Positions 1 to 28,606 of a stretch of 64,000 bases of DNA are shown piece by piece. Both the position numbers and the translations under genes were made by a program. Positions within the stretch are counted from its first letter, which is position 1. Each line of letters begins with the position of its first letter. Source of the stretch: Octopus sinensis (Eukaryota); assembly GCF_006345805.1 (NCBI RefSeq), contig NC_043013.1:39308001-39372000 (forward strand). Direction: 5' to 3'. Below the pieces are notes generated by a model, which had not been told where the DNA came from, did not search any database, and saw only the letters and a program-made list of their open reading frames with translations.

Positions 1-72
1 TGCCAAATTTTCCCAAATACTCTCATCACACTATTGAACTTCTCTGTTACCAAACACTATATTTATACATGT

Positions 73-211
73 AATGTGACAATTATGTATAAAAAAACAT
101 TTTTGAATTCATAATATCCAATGTGACAATTATGTAAAAAACTCTTTTGAATGCATAATATTCAATGTGACAATTATGTAAAAAACTTTTTTGAACCCAT
201 ATTATTCAATG
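73..211 (+). repeat. Three degenerate 44-47 bp tandem repeats
   Basis: aatgtgacaattatgta starts at 73, 120 and 164. Confidence 0.8.
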
Positions 212-1168
212 TTTCCTTAAATGTAACTTTTGACAATCTTTTACCAAAGAGTGAAACCGGTTAAGTAAATAAACATCGTTTAAATTGCATTTTCAAACCT
301 TTTTTCTTATATAATCCCACTCGTGCGATACCCCACAACTCAACTTTTATATATATATATATATATATATACGTGTGTGTGTGTGTGTGTGTGTGTGTGA
401 AGTCGCATGGTCTAGTGGTTAGGGGTGTTGCAGTCACAATCGCGAAGTTATGACTTCAGTTTCTAGACCGGGTAGTGTCTTGTGAAAGAAAACAACTCAC
501 ATGTTCATATGCGTGTGTTCTTGTGTTTGTGATGGCGAGCGTTTATGTGTGAATGTGTGTGTGTTAGTGTAAGATTATGCGTGTCTTATTTGTTTACGAT
601 GGAAAAAGAAGGCAGAAATAATTTGCTTCCTTTGCTAACAAAATCTCAACTAGGCTCCGACTGTGCGGATTGCATGATTGCTTCCTGCTCACTGAATAGA
701 CTGTATGTATTGAAATTTTTGATAAGGCTTTACGGCTTAGAACGGCCTGTGCTTATGACTCTTCCTAGAGCCCTTGAGGCGGGCGGGAGGATGTAAAAAT
801 TTAACAAGAAACTGGAGACAGGATAAGATATTACACTCTGCTAAAATTACTCATGGGTTTGGTTATAACATTAAATCGTGTGACATATAAGGTCTATTTC
901 CCATTACCGTTTGCAAGTCGAATCTCAACTTGGGTAATGTTTCCATGAGTATTTCTTCGAACCCTTGCGAATTCCCAAACCCTTGATCTACAGAAACTCA
1001 GAGATCCATTATAAAAAGAAGATAGGGAACTGTTTTCCACGTTTCTGATAACCACTTCAACTTCCTTTGATTCTTCCTTCTACTTCAAGCTCCCTTATTC
1101 ACATTCACCCCATTTTCTCCTCACCTATGTTAATGTATTTCAAAAACTGACCTCGGTCTATGTTATTT

Positions 1169-1915
1169 ATATGTAGTCTGATCAATAAGTATCCGGACTG
1201 TTGCCATAGTAACGAAGCTAAAGCACGCAGAGTGATGCCGCTTAGCACAGATTGACCTTGAGCTCCGCTGTGCATGCGCACTAAGTTTAAACGTTCTAGC
1301 TCACTCCCGCTGTTTACAGCAGTGCTTGGAAGGAACGTGTGTAGCGTGTTATCGTCGCATTGACCATAACAGATGAAGTTGAGCAGAGAATCTGCATCAA
1401 AATTTGCCAAAAGCTTGGCGATACCTGTTCAGAGGCTTACGCAAAGTTTGCGAAAAGTTTCCATCGTTCATGACTCGGTCAAGAAGATCTTGTGCAACTG
1501 AAACCCGAGTGTCCTTTTGGTCAGCTGAAAGCAGCCTTAGCACAAATTTGGCAGACGCGCGTCTCATACCCAAATATTCATTGATAATGAAGTGAACTGA
1601 AGCGTAACTAATCGGCACATCCTCTGATAACTCATGGATGGTGATTCGACGATTTCCCCTCACAGCTGCACGCACATCTGTGATGTTTTTCTCAGTTCTG
1701 CTGGTTGCAGATCTCCCAGAATGTTCGTGAATATTGACATCTTTTCGGCCATCTTGGAAACGTCTGAATCACTTGTACACTTATGTGCGGATCATACACT
1801 CCTCTCCATACACTTTCTGCAACTTTGCGTAGGCCTCTGTGCAGGCATTGCTATGATAACTTACTCTGTCATGGTCAACGCGACGATCACACGCTGCACA
1901 CCTTCCTTCAAAGCA
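1169..1915. mobile_element. Mariner transposon remnant made of two opposed 5' halves
   Basis: Plus strand 1169-1447 has a TIR-like end and EQRICIKICQKLGDTCSEAYAK. Minus strand 1915-1447 has EAYAKLQKVYGEECM...GNRRITIHELSE...LGMRRASAKFVLRLLSADQK. Confidence 0.85.
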
Positions 1916-2539
1916 TATATATATATATATATATAATATACTATATATATATATATATATATATAAAACTGAAATGCGTTTTTACCGCTTGGATCGCTTT
2001 CAATGCCACTACGTCCCGTCCGATTCGCTCCAAAATTTACAGGGACATGTAGAATGTGGTGACGATGCCCGTGGGCTACCTTAGAAATCCCTATCTTAAA
2101 AGGTGTGGTTGCTAGGGGCCATCTTCCTCACTCACCCTATTTCCTCCATTATCCACTAACTCCCCTTCATTTATAACTTTGACAAGTCCACTCCCGTTAT
2201 TTAATGTATCTGTCTTCCTCAACTCACTCTCGCTATTTCCTCTCTAACTAGCACATCTTCACTCACTCTATTTCTTACCTTCCCATTTCACTTATGTATC
2301 TGTCTGCATTCATACAGAGAAACAAATATTCCATCGTCATCGCATTCTATTGTCTACCTGTCAACGCGCCGAGACCAAATACAAACAGAACACACCAACG
2401 AGCGTTTATATATATGTGTGTGTGTGTTCTATATATAAATATGTATATATAATGTATAACAAAGTGTATATATCTGTATTTATGTATATTAAACTTTTTA
2501 ATACTTTTTCATAGTTACGTAAAGGGAACTGGTTGCTTC

Positions 2540-2900
2540 TTTACACTTTTTGGGTGCAACTTGGGTGCGAGACAGATAATTTTCTCTATTAATTACGTGA
2601 CCAACAGGGGTCTAACAGGGGGAAATTATGCCTAAACATGAGCGCAGCGCATGTGAACATCCGACGTGCTTTGATTCGGGAGAAGAATTGAGCTGACGCA
2701 GACGTATTGCAAAACAAGGGAGTACACGTGCAGAACAGAGGTACATGAGTGCAATAGGGCTTGCAAGGCTGAAATACAGTGTACAGTATTGAATATGCCA
2801 GTGATTAATGCAGTAAGGCTGAGTCTGCCAGCCAGTGCTTGAGCTATTATATGCCTCGGTCGTGCAGGAACAAAAGTGTGGCATGCTGGCGCGTTGTAAG
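2540..2900 (-). mobile_element. Possible highly decayed Penelope-like GIY-YIG remnant
   Basis: Scattered motifs NTVHCIS, RLRQ and LIEKIICLAPKLHPKSV in shifting frames. Confidence 0.3.
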
Positions 2901-3700
2901 GGACAAACAACTTTCTCTATGTATGCGTGACCGACCTAGGGTCTTACAGAGATGAGTTGTGTTTACAAGGGCACATCGAGCATGGAAAACAAGCGAGAAA
3001 GGCATGTGTGGCGTATGAATGTGACAGAGATAGCATTTGTGTGTGTATTAACTATGTGTGTTCGTGTGTGCGACTTCGTTCTATAACAGGATGTTCGGAT
3101 CACAAGTGCAGATGCCGGTTGAACACATGTCGTGTAGCGGTTGTGGCTTCAATGCTGTGCCAAATTACATTGGTACAGAAGATCTCGCAGGTAGTGCTGT
3201 GCTGTTAACCTCGGTGAAAATCATAACAGCGTGAAAGCTAAACCTGAATGAGTGCTATGTACATATTAGTGTTGCTGGAGATGAAAGCGACGGAGATGGA
3301 GACGACGTGAAGGTGAAGAACGACGATGGTGATGGCGACGGCAGAGAAAGGCGACGTTGAGATGAAGGCGTCGGTGGCGTTGCTGGTGTATATTAGCGTC
3401 GTCATTGGCTGGAGCAGGAACATGACTGGCTGGTCTGGTCGTCTGTCGCTGGATCTGGAACATGGTTGAGTAAGCTCTGTGTGGATGAAGACTGCGGCGG
3501 ATTGATTGGTTCAGACTAGGTAGAAACTAGATTTTAGCTAAGTGATCTATGGTCTATGACCAGAACTCGGGAAACTTGGTAGAGTCCTCATCTTATAAAA
3601 TGTGGCCCCAGTAGACCCAAATGAAATCGGGTTATATTAACCAAAATGTGAAAAGGGGTCTAAATGGGGCTGGATGGGGATTAAAATTTTTAAAGGAGCA

Positions 3701-3919
3701 GGTGTTTAGCAATTCTCTGTTACATCAAGCTAAAAAATTTGCGCCAGCCTTTTAATCGTCAATGTGTTACCGTCCATGATGAAGAAGTTTTGAATGCTTG
3801 GCATCGTGAGTCTACTGTCGTGAGAAAGAATCAATTCAAAACTTGGTGTTTAGGGATTTTCTTTTACATCAAGTTCAAAATTTTACGCCAGCCGTTGAAC
3901 TGTCAATACGTTGCTGTCC
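3701..3919 (+). repeat. Degenerate direct repeat, about 143-bp period
   Basis: ggtgtttag...ttacatcaag...gccagcc...gtcaat...gtcc at 3701 and 3845. Confidence 0.65.
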
Positions 3920-4272
3920 GTCGTTAAGAAATGCCAGCCATGGTGACTCTTCTATCCTCAAATTCTATCCCTTCAAACTTTGGTTTCCAATATTTTATTA
4001 TTTTATCAGCTCGCAAGTTCGTCTGCCCCTTTTAAATGTTAGTGTTTTGCTGTCTGCCTTCAAGCAGACCTTTCCGTTGTTACTGCCTGATATTTATGAT
4101 TGATCTTTCTAAATATTTTATTTCTCAACTTACTCAAGATCTTTTGTTGTTTATAAATGGGAGAGAGATAGATAAAGATAGAGAGTAAGAGAAAGCGAGG
4201 GAGAGTCCGAGAGAAAGGAAGAGTAAGAGAGTGGGAAAGTGAGAGAGAAAGGAGAAAGAAACAAAGAGGGAG

Positions 4273-4274
<2 letters not shown>

Positions 4275-4321
<47 letters not shown>

Positions 4322-4620
4322 GTTTAACGTCCGTTTTCCGTGCTAGCACGGGTTGAACAGTTTGACCGGGGTCTGAGAAGCCAGGAGGCTGCAACAGGCT
4401 CCAGTCTGATCTGGCAGTGTTTCTACAGGTGGATGCCCTTCCTAACGCCAACCACTCTGTGAGAGTAGTGGGTGCTTTTTTCGTGCCGCCGGCACAGGTG
4501 CCAGGTGGGCTGGCAGCGGCCACGATCGGTTGGTGCTTTTTACGTGCCACCAGCACAGAAGCCAGTCAAGGCGGCGCTGCAATTCGCCACGTTCGGATGG
4601 TGCTTTTTACGTGCTAAATG
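4275..4620 (-). mobile_element. 3' end of RTE-like LINE or derived non-autonomous element with (ATG)n tail
   Basis: ggatgcccttcctaacgccaacc motif next to a (CAT)n run. Confidence 0.5.
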
Positions 4621-4684
4621 GAAGCAACAGAAAGTAACAACCACACCCTTACCCGCGCGTAGAGCGGGTCACTTCAGCTAGTAA

Positions 4685-4719
<35 letters not shown>

Positions 4720-4769
4720 ATATATATATAACTCACTTTGATATTTATCATTATATATATATATATATA

Positions 4770-5170
4770 GGAATAGCTGTGTGGTAAGTAGCTTGCTTAC
4801 GAACCACATGGCTCCGGGTTCAGCCCCCCTGCGTGGAACCATGGGTAAGTGTCTTTTACTATAGCCGCGAGTCGACCAAAACCTTGTAAGTGGATTTGGT
4901 AGACGGAACTGAAAGAAACCCGTCGTATATATATATATATATATATACATATATGTAAGTGTGTGTGTGTATACGTTTGTGTGTCTGTGTTTCCCCAACA
5001 TCGCTTGACAACCGATGCTGGTGTGTTTACGTCCCCGTAACTTAGCGGTTCGGTAAAAGAGACCGACAGAATAAGCACTAGACTTCCAAATAATATTCCT
5101 GAGGTCGTATTGCTCGAATGAAGGTGTTGCTCCAGCATGGCCACAGTCAAATGACTGAAACAAGTAAAAG
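4770..5170 (+). mobile_element. tRNA-derived SINE family B (other copies about 7460-7860 +, 8555-8725 -, 9770-9935 -, 10190-10390 +, 32930-33335 +, 39960-40372 -, 44115-44580 -, 47540-47860 -)
   Basis: Recurrent box A/B-like head, internal microsatellite and shared tail cccgtaacttagcggttcggcaaaagagaccgatagaataagtact...cagtcaaatgactgaaacaagtaaaag. Confidence 0.8.
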
Positions 5171-5428
5171 AGAAAAAAATAATATATACATATATATATA
5201 AACGCATAATCACTTATGCCTAATATAACGCAGCCATCCCACGAACTAACAGCAGATACCTTGTGCATGTGTGTTTGATTTTGTTTATAAACGTATGTGT
5301 GTGTTTGTGTATTGCATTACGTTAAACATGTTTCTCTCTTTGGCAACATCAATAAATTATTAGAAAAGTCGTCGACCACTTGATCGATTTTTAACACTCC
5401 ACTGCGATGTTGTACAGTAAATACCATA

Positions 5429-5468
<40 letters not shown>

Positions 5469-7249
5469 TCTCTCTCTCGTGAAATGCAGTAAATTTAGCT
5501 AATTCACAGCTAACAGATTTAGCTATAACACAAAGTAAACTTCCCTCCAAAAGCAGTACTATGATAACCGTTATTTTGCGTTCTTACATTTCCTGATTAT
5601 GATCAGTCATTACATACGTATAACCTTTTTTATGGTGAAGTAAATTAAATAAATTTAGCCCTGCTGACTATTTCCATTTGTAGAATTAAATCCTTGTAAA
5701 ATTCATTCTTCTGTTTTTATTCCCTCTTCACATCAAATGACATGAATTGCCTTATGTAGGGTCTTAGGCTCGAACTAACACGCGGACATTTATATATTTT
5801 TGTCCTCGAGTAGTCAAGCTATTATTATGACATTTTAGATTTAATAGCATACACATATGTTCATACTGGTGACCCCTATTTGAAACCTAGAATTCTGGTA
5901 GATGCAAAGTTGTGCACATCATTTCTAAATAGTAAAGAAAATATTCGTTTAAAATTTGGCACAAACTCAATATGTTCGGTGGAGGTGGTATGTCGATTAC
6001 ATCGATCTCAATGCTCAACTGGTACTCTTCTTATCAGCCCCAAAATAAATTTGAGCTCAGAACGTAAAGACAGATGAAATGCGACTAAGCATTTTGCACG
6101 GCTTGCTAACGATTCTGCCAGATTGTCTCCTTCCATTAAAGAAAATATAAAAATAATCTATGAGTTGTCCATTCAACTTGCAATTTCCTCTTAAAAGCTC
6201 TTACCTTCCGTTCTTTGTTTTAATCTCTATCCATCAAGACTGCTCTTTCCACGAAGTAATTAAGTTACTTGTAAAATCGACCGGTAGACGGTAATAATGC
6301 AAGTGCTAATAGCTTGTATTGATCGAGTACGAATGCATGGATAGATGGATCGATGGATCGATGGATTAGTGAAGGCGCGTCTCTTAGTGATTAGGTTACT
6401 CAGGATGAGGCGTCGCCGGAGCAAGGTACTGTTGACGGTAGTCTTGGGAACGTGCATTGTGTATTGTTGAAGTTGTTTAGTTCATTATCATAAGGCCGTG
6501 TGTTCGTTTCCTGCATTTGGCGGCGCATTAAGTCCTTAAGAAAGGTACTTCAATCAGGTTGCTACACTAACTCAGTTGTAATTAGTATCATCCAAGGTAC
6601 ACGAGCAACCGTATCTTCCTCCACTTATCATATCCCTCTTTATTCGTTGGTGAAGAGATCGAGAGTTTTCCATCTGTACTCAGGACAACATAAGCAGCTA
6701 AAAGTATTATGGAAAGCTTGATAACTTTTGCCAAGCATTACACCTTTGAATGTCGGCTTTGTATAATACCTTTTTGTATGTGTATATGTATGCTTGCATA
6801 TATATTTGTATGTATATATCTATCTACATACATAGGTATGTGTATTATGCAGTTAGAGTTATAATACAGCCTGTGTCCTCCTGAAGCACATCTGCTCATT
6901 CCAGTACTTCAAAGTTATATTTTTGTGAGGAATACATGAGTAATTACAAATCAAAATAGGAACCTGGAAATTTATTTTTGATATTCTTTGTTCACCATTA
7001 CACGCGTTTCATTTGCTAATAGGAGTTAAAAATTGTAAACGTGGTAGAAACATGTATGAAATGTCTTAGAACTTCTGCAGACAAAGAATCAAATAACACA
7101 TTTACATTTCCATGAAGTCTTTATTTATAGTTAGCAATCAGGAGTTCTATTGATAGTTTAGAGAAGAGAATAAAGGACAAAACTATTATATCTAAAAAGA
7201 TAGAGATTTAGAGATTTATGTAACAAGTGTACGCACAAACAAACAATGT

Positions 7250-7390
7250 ATTAGCATGGCGCTCAGGAATAGAAATAAAACAAGTCTTTTACGTTTCGAG
7301 CCTACGCTCTTCGACAGAAAGATACACAGAAAAGAAACAAGGAGAGAAACAAGGAGAGAAAAAAATTGCGTGTAGGGGCTAACAATCTAA
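7250..7390 (-). mobile_element. Penelope-like terminal repeat fragment (second copy 11835-11975 +)
   Basis: Near-identical inverted pair; carries a minimal hammerhead-like motif. Confidence 0.6.
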
Positions 7391-7391
7391 C

Positions 7392-7443
<52 letters not shown>

Positions 7444-7944
7444 TATACACACACACACTTAAGCGCAGGCGTGACTGTGTGGTAAGAAGCTCACTTCCCA
7501 ACCATGTCGTACCGGGTTCACTCTCCACTGCGTGGTACTTTGGGCAATTGTCTTCTATAATAGGCTCGTGCTGACCAAAATCTTGCGAGTGGATCTGGTG
7601 GAGAGAAACTGACAAAACTCGCTGCATATAGATGTATGTGTGTGTGTGTGTCATTGTGTCTGTATTTGTTCCCCCCATCAGCGACTGACAGCCTGTGTTG
7701 GTGTGTTTATATCCCCATAACTTAGCGGTTCTACATATTCTACTACAAAGAATATATACTAAGCTTCAGAAATAATTTCTGAGGGTGATTTGTTCGACAA
7801 AAACCCTTTAATGCTGTGCTTCAGCATGGGCGCAGCCAAAATAACTGAAACAAGTAAAAGAATAACAGAACATATGTATATATATAATATATATATATAT
7901 ATATACATAAACTTAGATAAACTTAGATATGTTTCGACCAAAGA

Positions 7945-8530
7945 TTGGTCCAGGCCATGTCTAACTTAATAGCACCACCTGATAGGATTATTCGAATCCT
8001 GTTTAAGTCAAGTTTTGTTTATGGTCCATTCAATTAGTGAGTTTTTGTTGGGTGAGTTGTATCCAATTATGGGTGGCTTATCTGGTATTCTTTGAAGGAA
8101 TCTATCCAGACTCCGTTTAAAGTTGATGGGATCCTTTTCCTTTTTGATCTCTTTCGGGACAATGTTAAATAAGGCAGGGCCTGTTGAGGAAAAGAAATTA
8201 TGTTGCAGTGTACATGTATGCTGTGATCTTGAATTGGGCAGGGGGTGTATGGCCCGTGGTCCCAGTCTTGGATGAACCTTGAAGCTAATGTTCAGGTCGT
8301 TTGGGCAAAGTTAGCGGTATATTCTCCACATCGTACAAATGATGTACCGCTCACGGCGACGCTGGAGAGAGTAGAGTTTCAAGGCTTTAAGGCGATCCCA
8401 ATAATCAAGAGCAGCCATGCCTTCAATTCGTTTAGTGAGTGCCCTCTGGGGTGACTCAATCCTCGAGATGTTTTGTCTTGTATGGTGAGACCACAGTGGG
8501 CAGCAGTATTCGAGGTGTGGCCGTACAAAG
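7945..8530 (-). mobile_element. CR1/L2-group LINE ORF2 3' fragment
   Basis: RPHLEYCCPLWS...IESPQRALTKRIEGM...YWDRLKALKLYSLQRRRERY. Confidence 0.8.
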
Positions 8531-8724
8531 GAGGAGAAAAGTGGTTTCTTTTATTCTTTTTCTTTTCTTTTATTTGTTTCAGTCATTTGATTGCGGCCAT
8601 GCTGGTGCACCGCCTTTAGTCGAGCAAATCGCCCCAGGACTTATTCTTTGTAAGCCTAGTACTTATTCTATCGGTCTCTCTTGCCGAAACCCAGAGTGAC
8701 GGGGACGTAAACACACCAGCATCG

Positions 8725-9305
8725 GTGCTTCGAACCAGTGTAGTCTCCGGGAAGCCTCTCCTCACTACCAGGCAGAAATGAATTCGCCTTTCTTTTGCTG
8801 AAAGTCATGTAAGGGGAAGAAGTTTTGGAATGATTTTTTTCTGACGATACAAAAATGAACTTGTTTGGGTCAAATGGTATTAAACGAGTGTGGTGACGAC
8901 TAGGTGAAGATAATAGCGACAAATGAACCGTTCCCACCGTGAAACACGGTGGCGGAAGTGTTATGCTTTGAGGATGCATGAGTGCGGCTGGTGTGGGAAG
9001 ACTCACATTTATTGAGAGAACAATGGATTCAAGGCTTTATTGTGGTATATTGCAGAAAAGAATGTTGAAAGCATCAGGGAGCTGCGAAAACATTACATGA
9101 ACAAACATAATAATGACCCTAAACACACTTCAAAGATGTCGACCAAGTTTTTATCAGATAAAAAGGTAAAGGTATTGCCTTGGCCTACCAAGTCACCTGA
9201 TTTAAACCTAATAGAACATCTGTGGGGTGTTTTGAAAAGGAAGGTTAAGGAGAAAAAAAACCCGGTAGTGTTGAAAGACATCATTCAAGATGAATGGAGG
9301 TCGAT
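8725..9305 (+). mobile_element. Tc1 transposase remnant (frameshifted)
   Basis: FSDDTKMNLFGS, TVKHGGGSVM, NDPKHTSK, WPTKSPDLNLIEHLW. Confidence 0.9.
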
Positions 9306-9357
9306 TTGTGTGTGTTCGTCTGTGTGAAGAAAGGGTTTTAAGAAATCGTGCAGAACT

Positions 9358-24095
<14,738 letters not shown>

Positions 24096-24361
24096 GACTA
24101 ATGTTGGTCCCAATTAATTACTAAGATCTACTTCGAAATGGAAATTAAATTGTATATTATATCTAGAGAGTAAGAGAGAAGGGGGGAGAGAGAAAGGGAG
24201 AGCGAGTGCGCGAGAGAAAGCGAGCGAGAAAGAGGGGGTGAGCGAGAGAACGCAGCGTAACTAGGGAACCGGTGATATAACAAGAAATGGCGGTAGATAA
24301 TGCATGCAAATACACACACACAAACACATATACGCATATATATATATATATATATATATCT

Positions 24362-24392
<31 letters not shown>

Positions 24393-24401
24393 CTATATAT
24401 A

Positions 24402-24492
<91 letters not shown>

Positions 24493-24963
24493 TATATGTG
24501 CACACCACATGCATAAATAGGTACATACATGCATAGAAATAATTGCAAGTATAGATATGTATGGACGTATGTATGCATGTATGCTTGTATTTATATATGT
24601 ATGTATGTATGTATATATGTGCGTATGCATATATGTGTGTATGTATGTATATATGTTTCTATGTCTGTGTGTGTGTCTATGTCTGTGTGTGTGTCTATGT
24701 CTGTGTGTGTGTCTATGTCTGTGTGTGTGTCTATGTCTGTGTGTGTGTCTATGTCTGTGTTTACATCTGAAGCCAGATTCATTTCTTAAAGTTTACTGGA
24801 TTGATTTGCCATTATCACCATTGGCTATTTTAATCAAGTAAAAACAAAAGTTAAGAAGCAAACCACATTTCAGCCTCCCCTTCATATACTTCTCAACATC
24901 GTACTTGTTTGAAAGGAATCCTTGAGGAGAAAGATATGCTATTGAAAATTTACGTGTCAAAAT

Positions 24964-25059
24964 TACATAACATAAGATCATGTAGTTTCACGCAGCTTTA
25001 CTTTGTATTATATAACAATAAACAAGCAAAATGTCGTTCTAAAAACACGTCAGTATCAA
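24964..25059 (-). promoter_or_regulatory. Candidate core promoter of gene A (TATATAA at 25014..25008, TGACGTG at 25052..25046)
   Basis: 96-bp block identical to 50202..50297, about 0.9 kb upstream of the ATG; the TSS is not determined. Confidence 0.5.
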
Positions 25060-26288
25060 CGTCACTGCCATTTTATGACACTTTATCACGCAAACCCGGA
25101 TACAAGTAAGGACTTAATTTTCAATTCATATTGTTTTGTGTCATTGTCTTATGTGTGCTTTTCATTGACCAGTTCGGCCGCCTCTTATCTTTTTACACTG
25201 AATTATTATATCTAATATCAAGGAAGTTTCTTAGTTTCAGCAATATTTTTTTAAAGGGTTGTTTTCTGTCATATTCTACGTCATATTTTGCCATAATTGC
25301 TTTTTCATGTATCTGATGTCACTCAAATCTCTCTTCCTATTCTTTGTAAAAGGTTACTATATATATTTTATCTCGTGTATCTACATTGACTTACTTCTCC
25401 ATAAGTTAAAACCTCCGTCACTTTGCCACTCCAATATTCGCTCTGATTCTAGTCATGGTAGCCGAAGTCTTGGCAATCTACTTAACTGCGGCAGGAGTTG
25501 GTCGTAACTAAAATGCTGGAGATGGTTCACATGCGCAGGAGGTACTCAAAGGCAAACACCGGTAGGCTGGATATATACGCATATATGTGTGGCTGTTGGT
25601 GTCTGAACCACGATCAGTATTAATATAAAGCTTAAATAGAGCCTGCCAAACATGTCATAGTCGTTAGGTTATTCAGAATAGGGCGGTGCGTTTTGCCCCT
25701 AAGCAAGAGACTTCAGTTTAAGTTGCATGATCCAAGGGTCTGTTGCAGCCTTCGCTCCTTCCCATTATCACATCATGGATGCTCAACTGCCGCAGTGGGT
25801 AAAGCTTTGAGAAGTTGTCTATGCCCTTTTGCAATAGGTGTTAGCAGGCTATACTCACGCGTGAGTGACTGATATCAGAAAGTATCAGTCAATTTTCCCT
25901 GAGGAGGTTTTTTTTTTTCAAATTCATAATGCACTTTAATACGTAAATATGGATAAGAGCAATCAACAGAAGGCAAAATGCATGAACTTATCAATTCGAC
26001 TGGATAATGATAATAAATGAATTGATTATTCTGTGTATGTATACTCTATCTTCTCTTTATTGTTAAACCTTCCCTCTTATATTGCAAACGATGGAAATCT
26101 CTATAGCGACAACTGGAATTTCAGAAGTGTAAGGTACCAATATTAAAGAAGAATCAACGATAAACACTAGTCCATATACACATGTAAAATTTTCCGGTGT
26201 CGTTAATCGATAATAGTGCAAAAATGGCGTACGCTTGGATAATATATCCCTAGGAAGGAAAACATATTTTCATACAGACTTATTATAT

Positions 26289-26340
<52 letters not shown>

Positions 26341-26524
26341 ACAAACACGTGTAAACATATAGGTGCAACACAACGTGGGTAAAAATAGCACTCGAATACC
26401 AATAGCAGAGAGCATTATTATTTTATTGATGATGAAAAATATTCGCAAACTGTTATCCAGAGTCTTCATGTGCATTGTCATAAGACAATTGTGAGAAATC
26501 TTCACTATCATATTATTATATATA

Positions 26525-26572
<48 letters not shown>

Positions 26573-26886
26573 AGAGAGAGAGGGACAGAATAGAAAGAGA
26601 TAAATATAGATATGACCTTCTATAGGGTTACTGTGGGTTTCACGTCAATAAAGCGCTTAGCCTTATATCGTTTCGTCAGGCCCTAAATGCCGTTGGCTTA
26701 TGGCCTCTCTAGCACAAGAGGCCTTAAACCAACGGGATTTAAGGTCTGAAGAAACGCTGTAGAGATTAGCACTTTTGGACGTAAACCCAAGCGTAACCCC
26801 ATAGACCGGTCATATCTATCTTTATCTATATCCTCTACTGCTTTATAACTTAGTGTGTGATTCTCTTCCGGATTTATAATTTATTG

Positions 26887-26921
<35 letters not shown>

Positions 26922-26922
26922 T

Positions 26923-26990
<68 letters not shown>

Positions 26991-28606
26991 GTGAGAGATG
27001 CGTATGCTCGCTATAGAAAACATAGTAGTGTTCAAAAGGATTCAAATCAAAACTCCAAATTCCTCGTCCTGGGTATTGTCCCTCACCCTCAAGAATGTCT
27101 ATAAGAATAATTTAAATTCAGCTGATATGAAGCTAGTAATTCAGATAATGACACTACATATATAAGTGTGTGTTTACATGGAGCACAAAAAATACAGAAT
27201 AAAAGTACAGGAAAAAATATCAAGTATTTTACTGCTGTTTCAGTAAATCCGCAGTTATATAATAATCATGGTAATCGTAAATTGCGTGGGTATGTAACTA
27301 GTAACAAGTCACATGAAAATGTTATAATAAATCCGGCTTCCATCATCAAAAGAAGATTGTTGGACATGGGTAGGAGACATCATGTGAATTACCATATCAC
27401 CATTTTTCTTTAGATTCTAGTAGTGTATTCTCTAAATAAGAGTAGGGCTCCAACACACCACTTTTGTCAACCGATAGATCTGAATTGAATGTTTCCCAAC
27501 AATCATCAGGCATATATTTGGTGGAATGTCCCACAGATGGTCTTAGTTTATTCTTCTTGTGAAAATAAGTGTGCAAAGAATATTTTTCGGTGAAGTAAAC
27601 AAAAAATAATTTAAAGCAAAACACATATTGTTATATATATATATATATTTAAACATTTATTAGTTAAATATCTATACAGTTTCTTTCGACGTATCATATC
27701 TCATCAGTGCAAAGTGCAAGATAATATCAAGTTTCAGCAAAATTGTGTCGTATCGTTGTGAGAAAAAGAAACAATGAAATAAAACGAGAGGATTTTAATA
27801 TTTAGTTTTAAATGAAAATAAGAATTGTAAAGGGAAAATAAATTGTTCGTAATTTTCACTATCCTGGGCAGCTGGTCAAACGTTCAAGCAGAGAGCAAAC
27901 TTCAAGAGAATTTTCGTTTCAGTAATTTGTTTCTTTGTTTTTAGCTCTCCAAGCCTTCTGCTCAAAATAGGTACATATGTTTCTGACATTTGCCCACTCA
28001 TATTTATACAGGATTTGAAGTAGCTACAAAACTCGTCTTGCATAAAGATGGTGTACTTTGATAGTTTCTTTCACAACATTTCCTTTGTTTTAATATAGAC
28101 TTAGTACATTAATTTTGTAGAGAGGAGAAACAACATATTCTTTGCAGCATGCAAATATATAAGTAATGATTCTAAGCAATATATATTTAAATATTTATAT
28201 GTGCAGATAGTCTGTTTTGTAATATATCTCGTCAATGCGAAGAACATGGACGTGAGTACGTGTGTGGCTAAGGTATTGTAACTTTTTTAATCATTGGACA
28301 TTTGGTACAAAACTAGAAAACTGAAAATTGTAATTAAAGAAATAGCAAGTTATACACATTTGCTTTATATATATCTTCCTGATAGCTATAAAACATTTTA
28401 ATTTTGAGTAGTGAGAACCTCATTCTAACCTGAACAGATAAACCCGCACTTATGTCTTGTGTTCCGTTAATTAACCTCCTCAATATATTTTCTTTTTTGT
28501 TTATTCCTGTATTTTCTTCTGTATTAGTTTTTACTATTCAATGAATACCACTCGTTTCACTGCCATTCTTCTGGTGTTTTACTGTGTGAAATTAATGGCA
28601 ACCTTA

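Noticed and set aside
27397-27624. Minus-strand 75-aa ORF with protein-like composition
   Set aside because: Weak AAG acceptor, no recognisable motif, no counterpart in the other unit
28207-28251. Plus-strand 45-nt exon-like piece (cag|IVCFVIYLVNAKNMD|gtgagt)
   Set aside because: Weak polypyrimidine tract and no partner exons found
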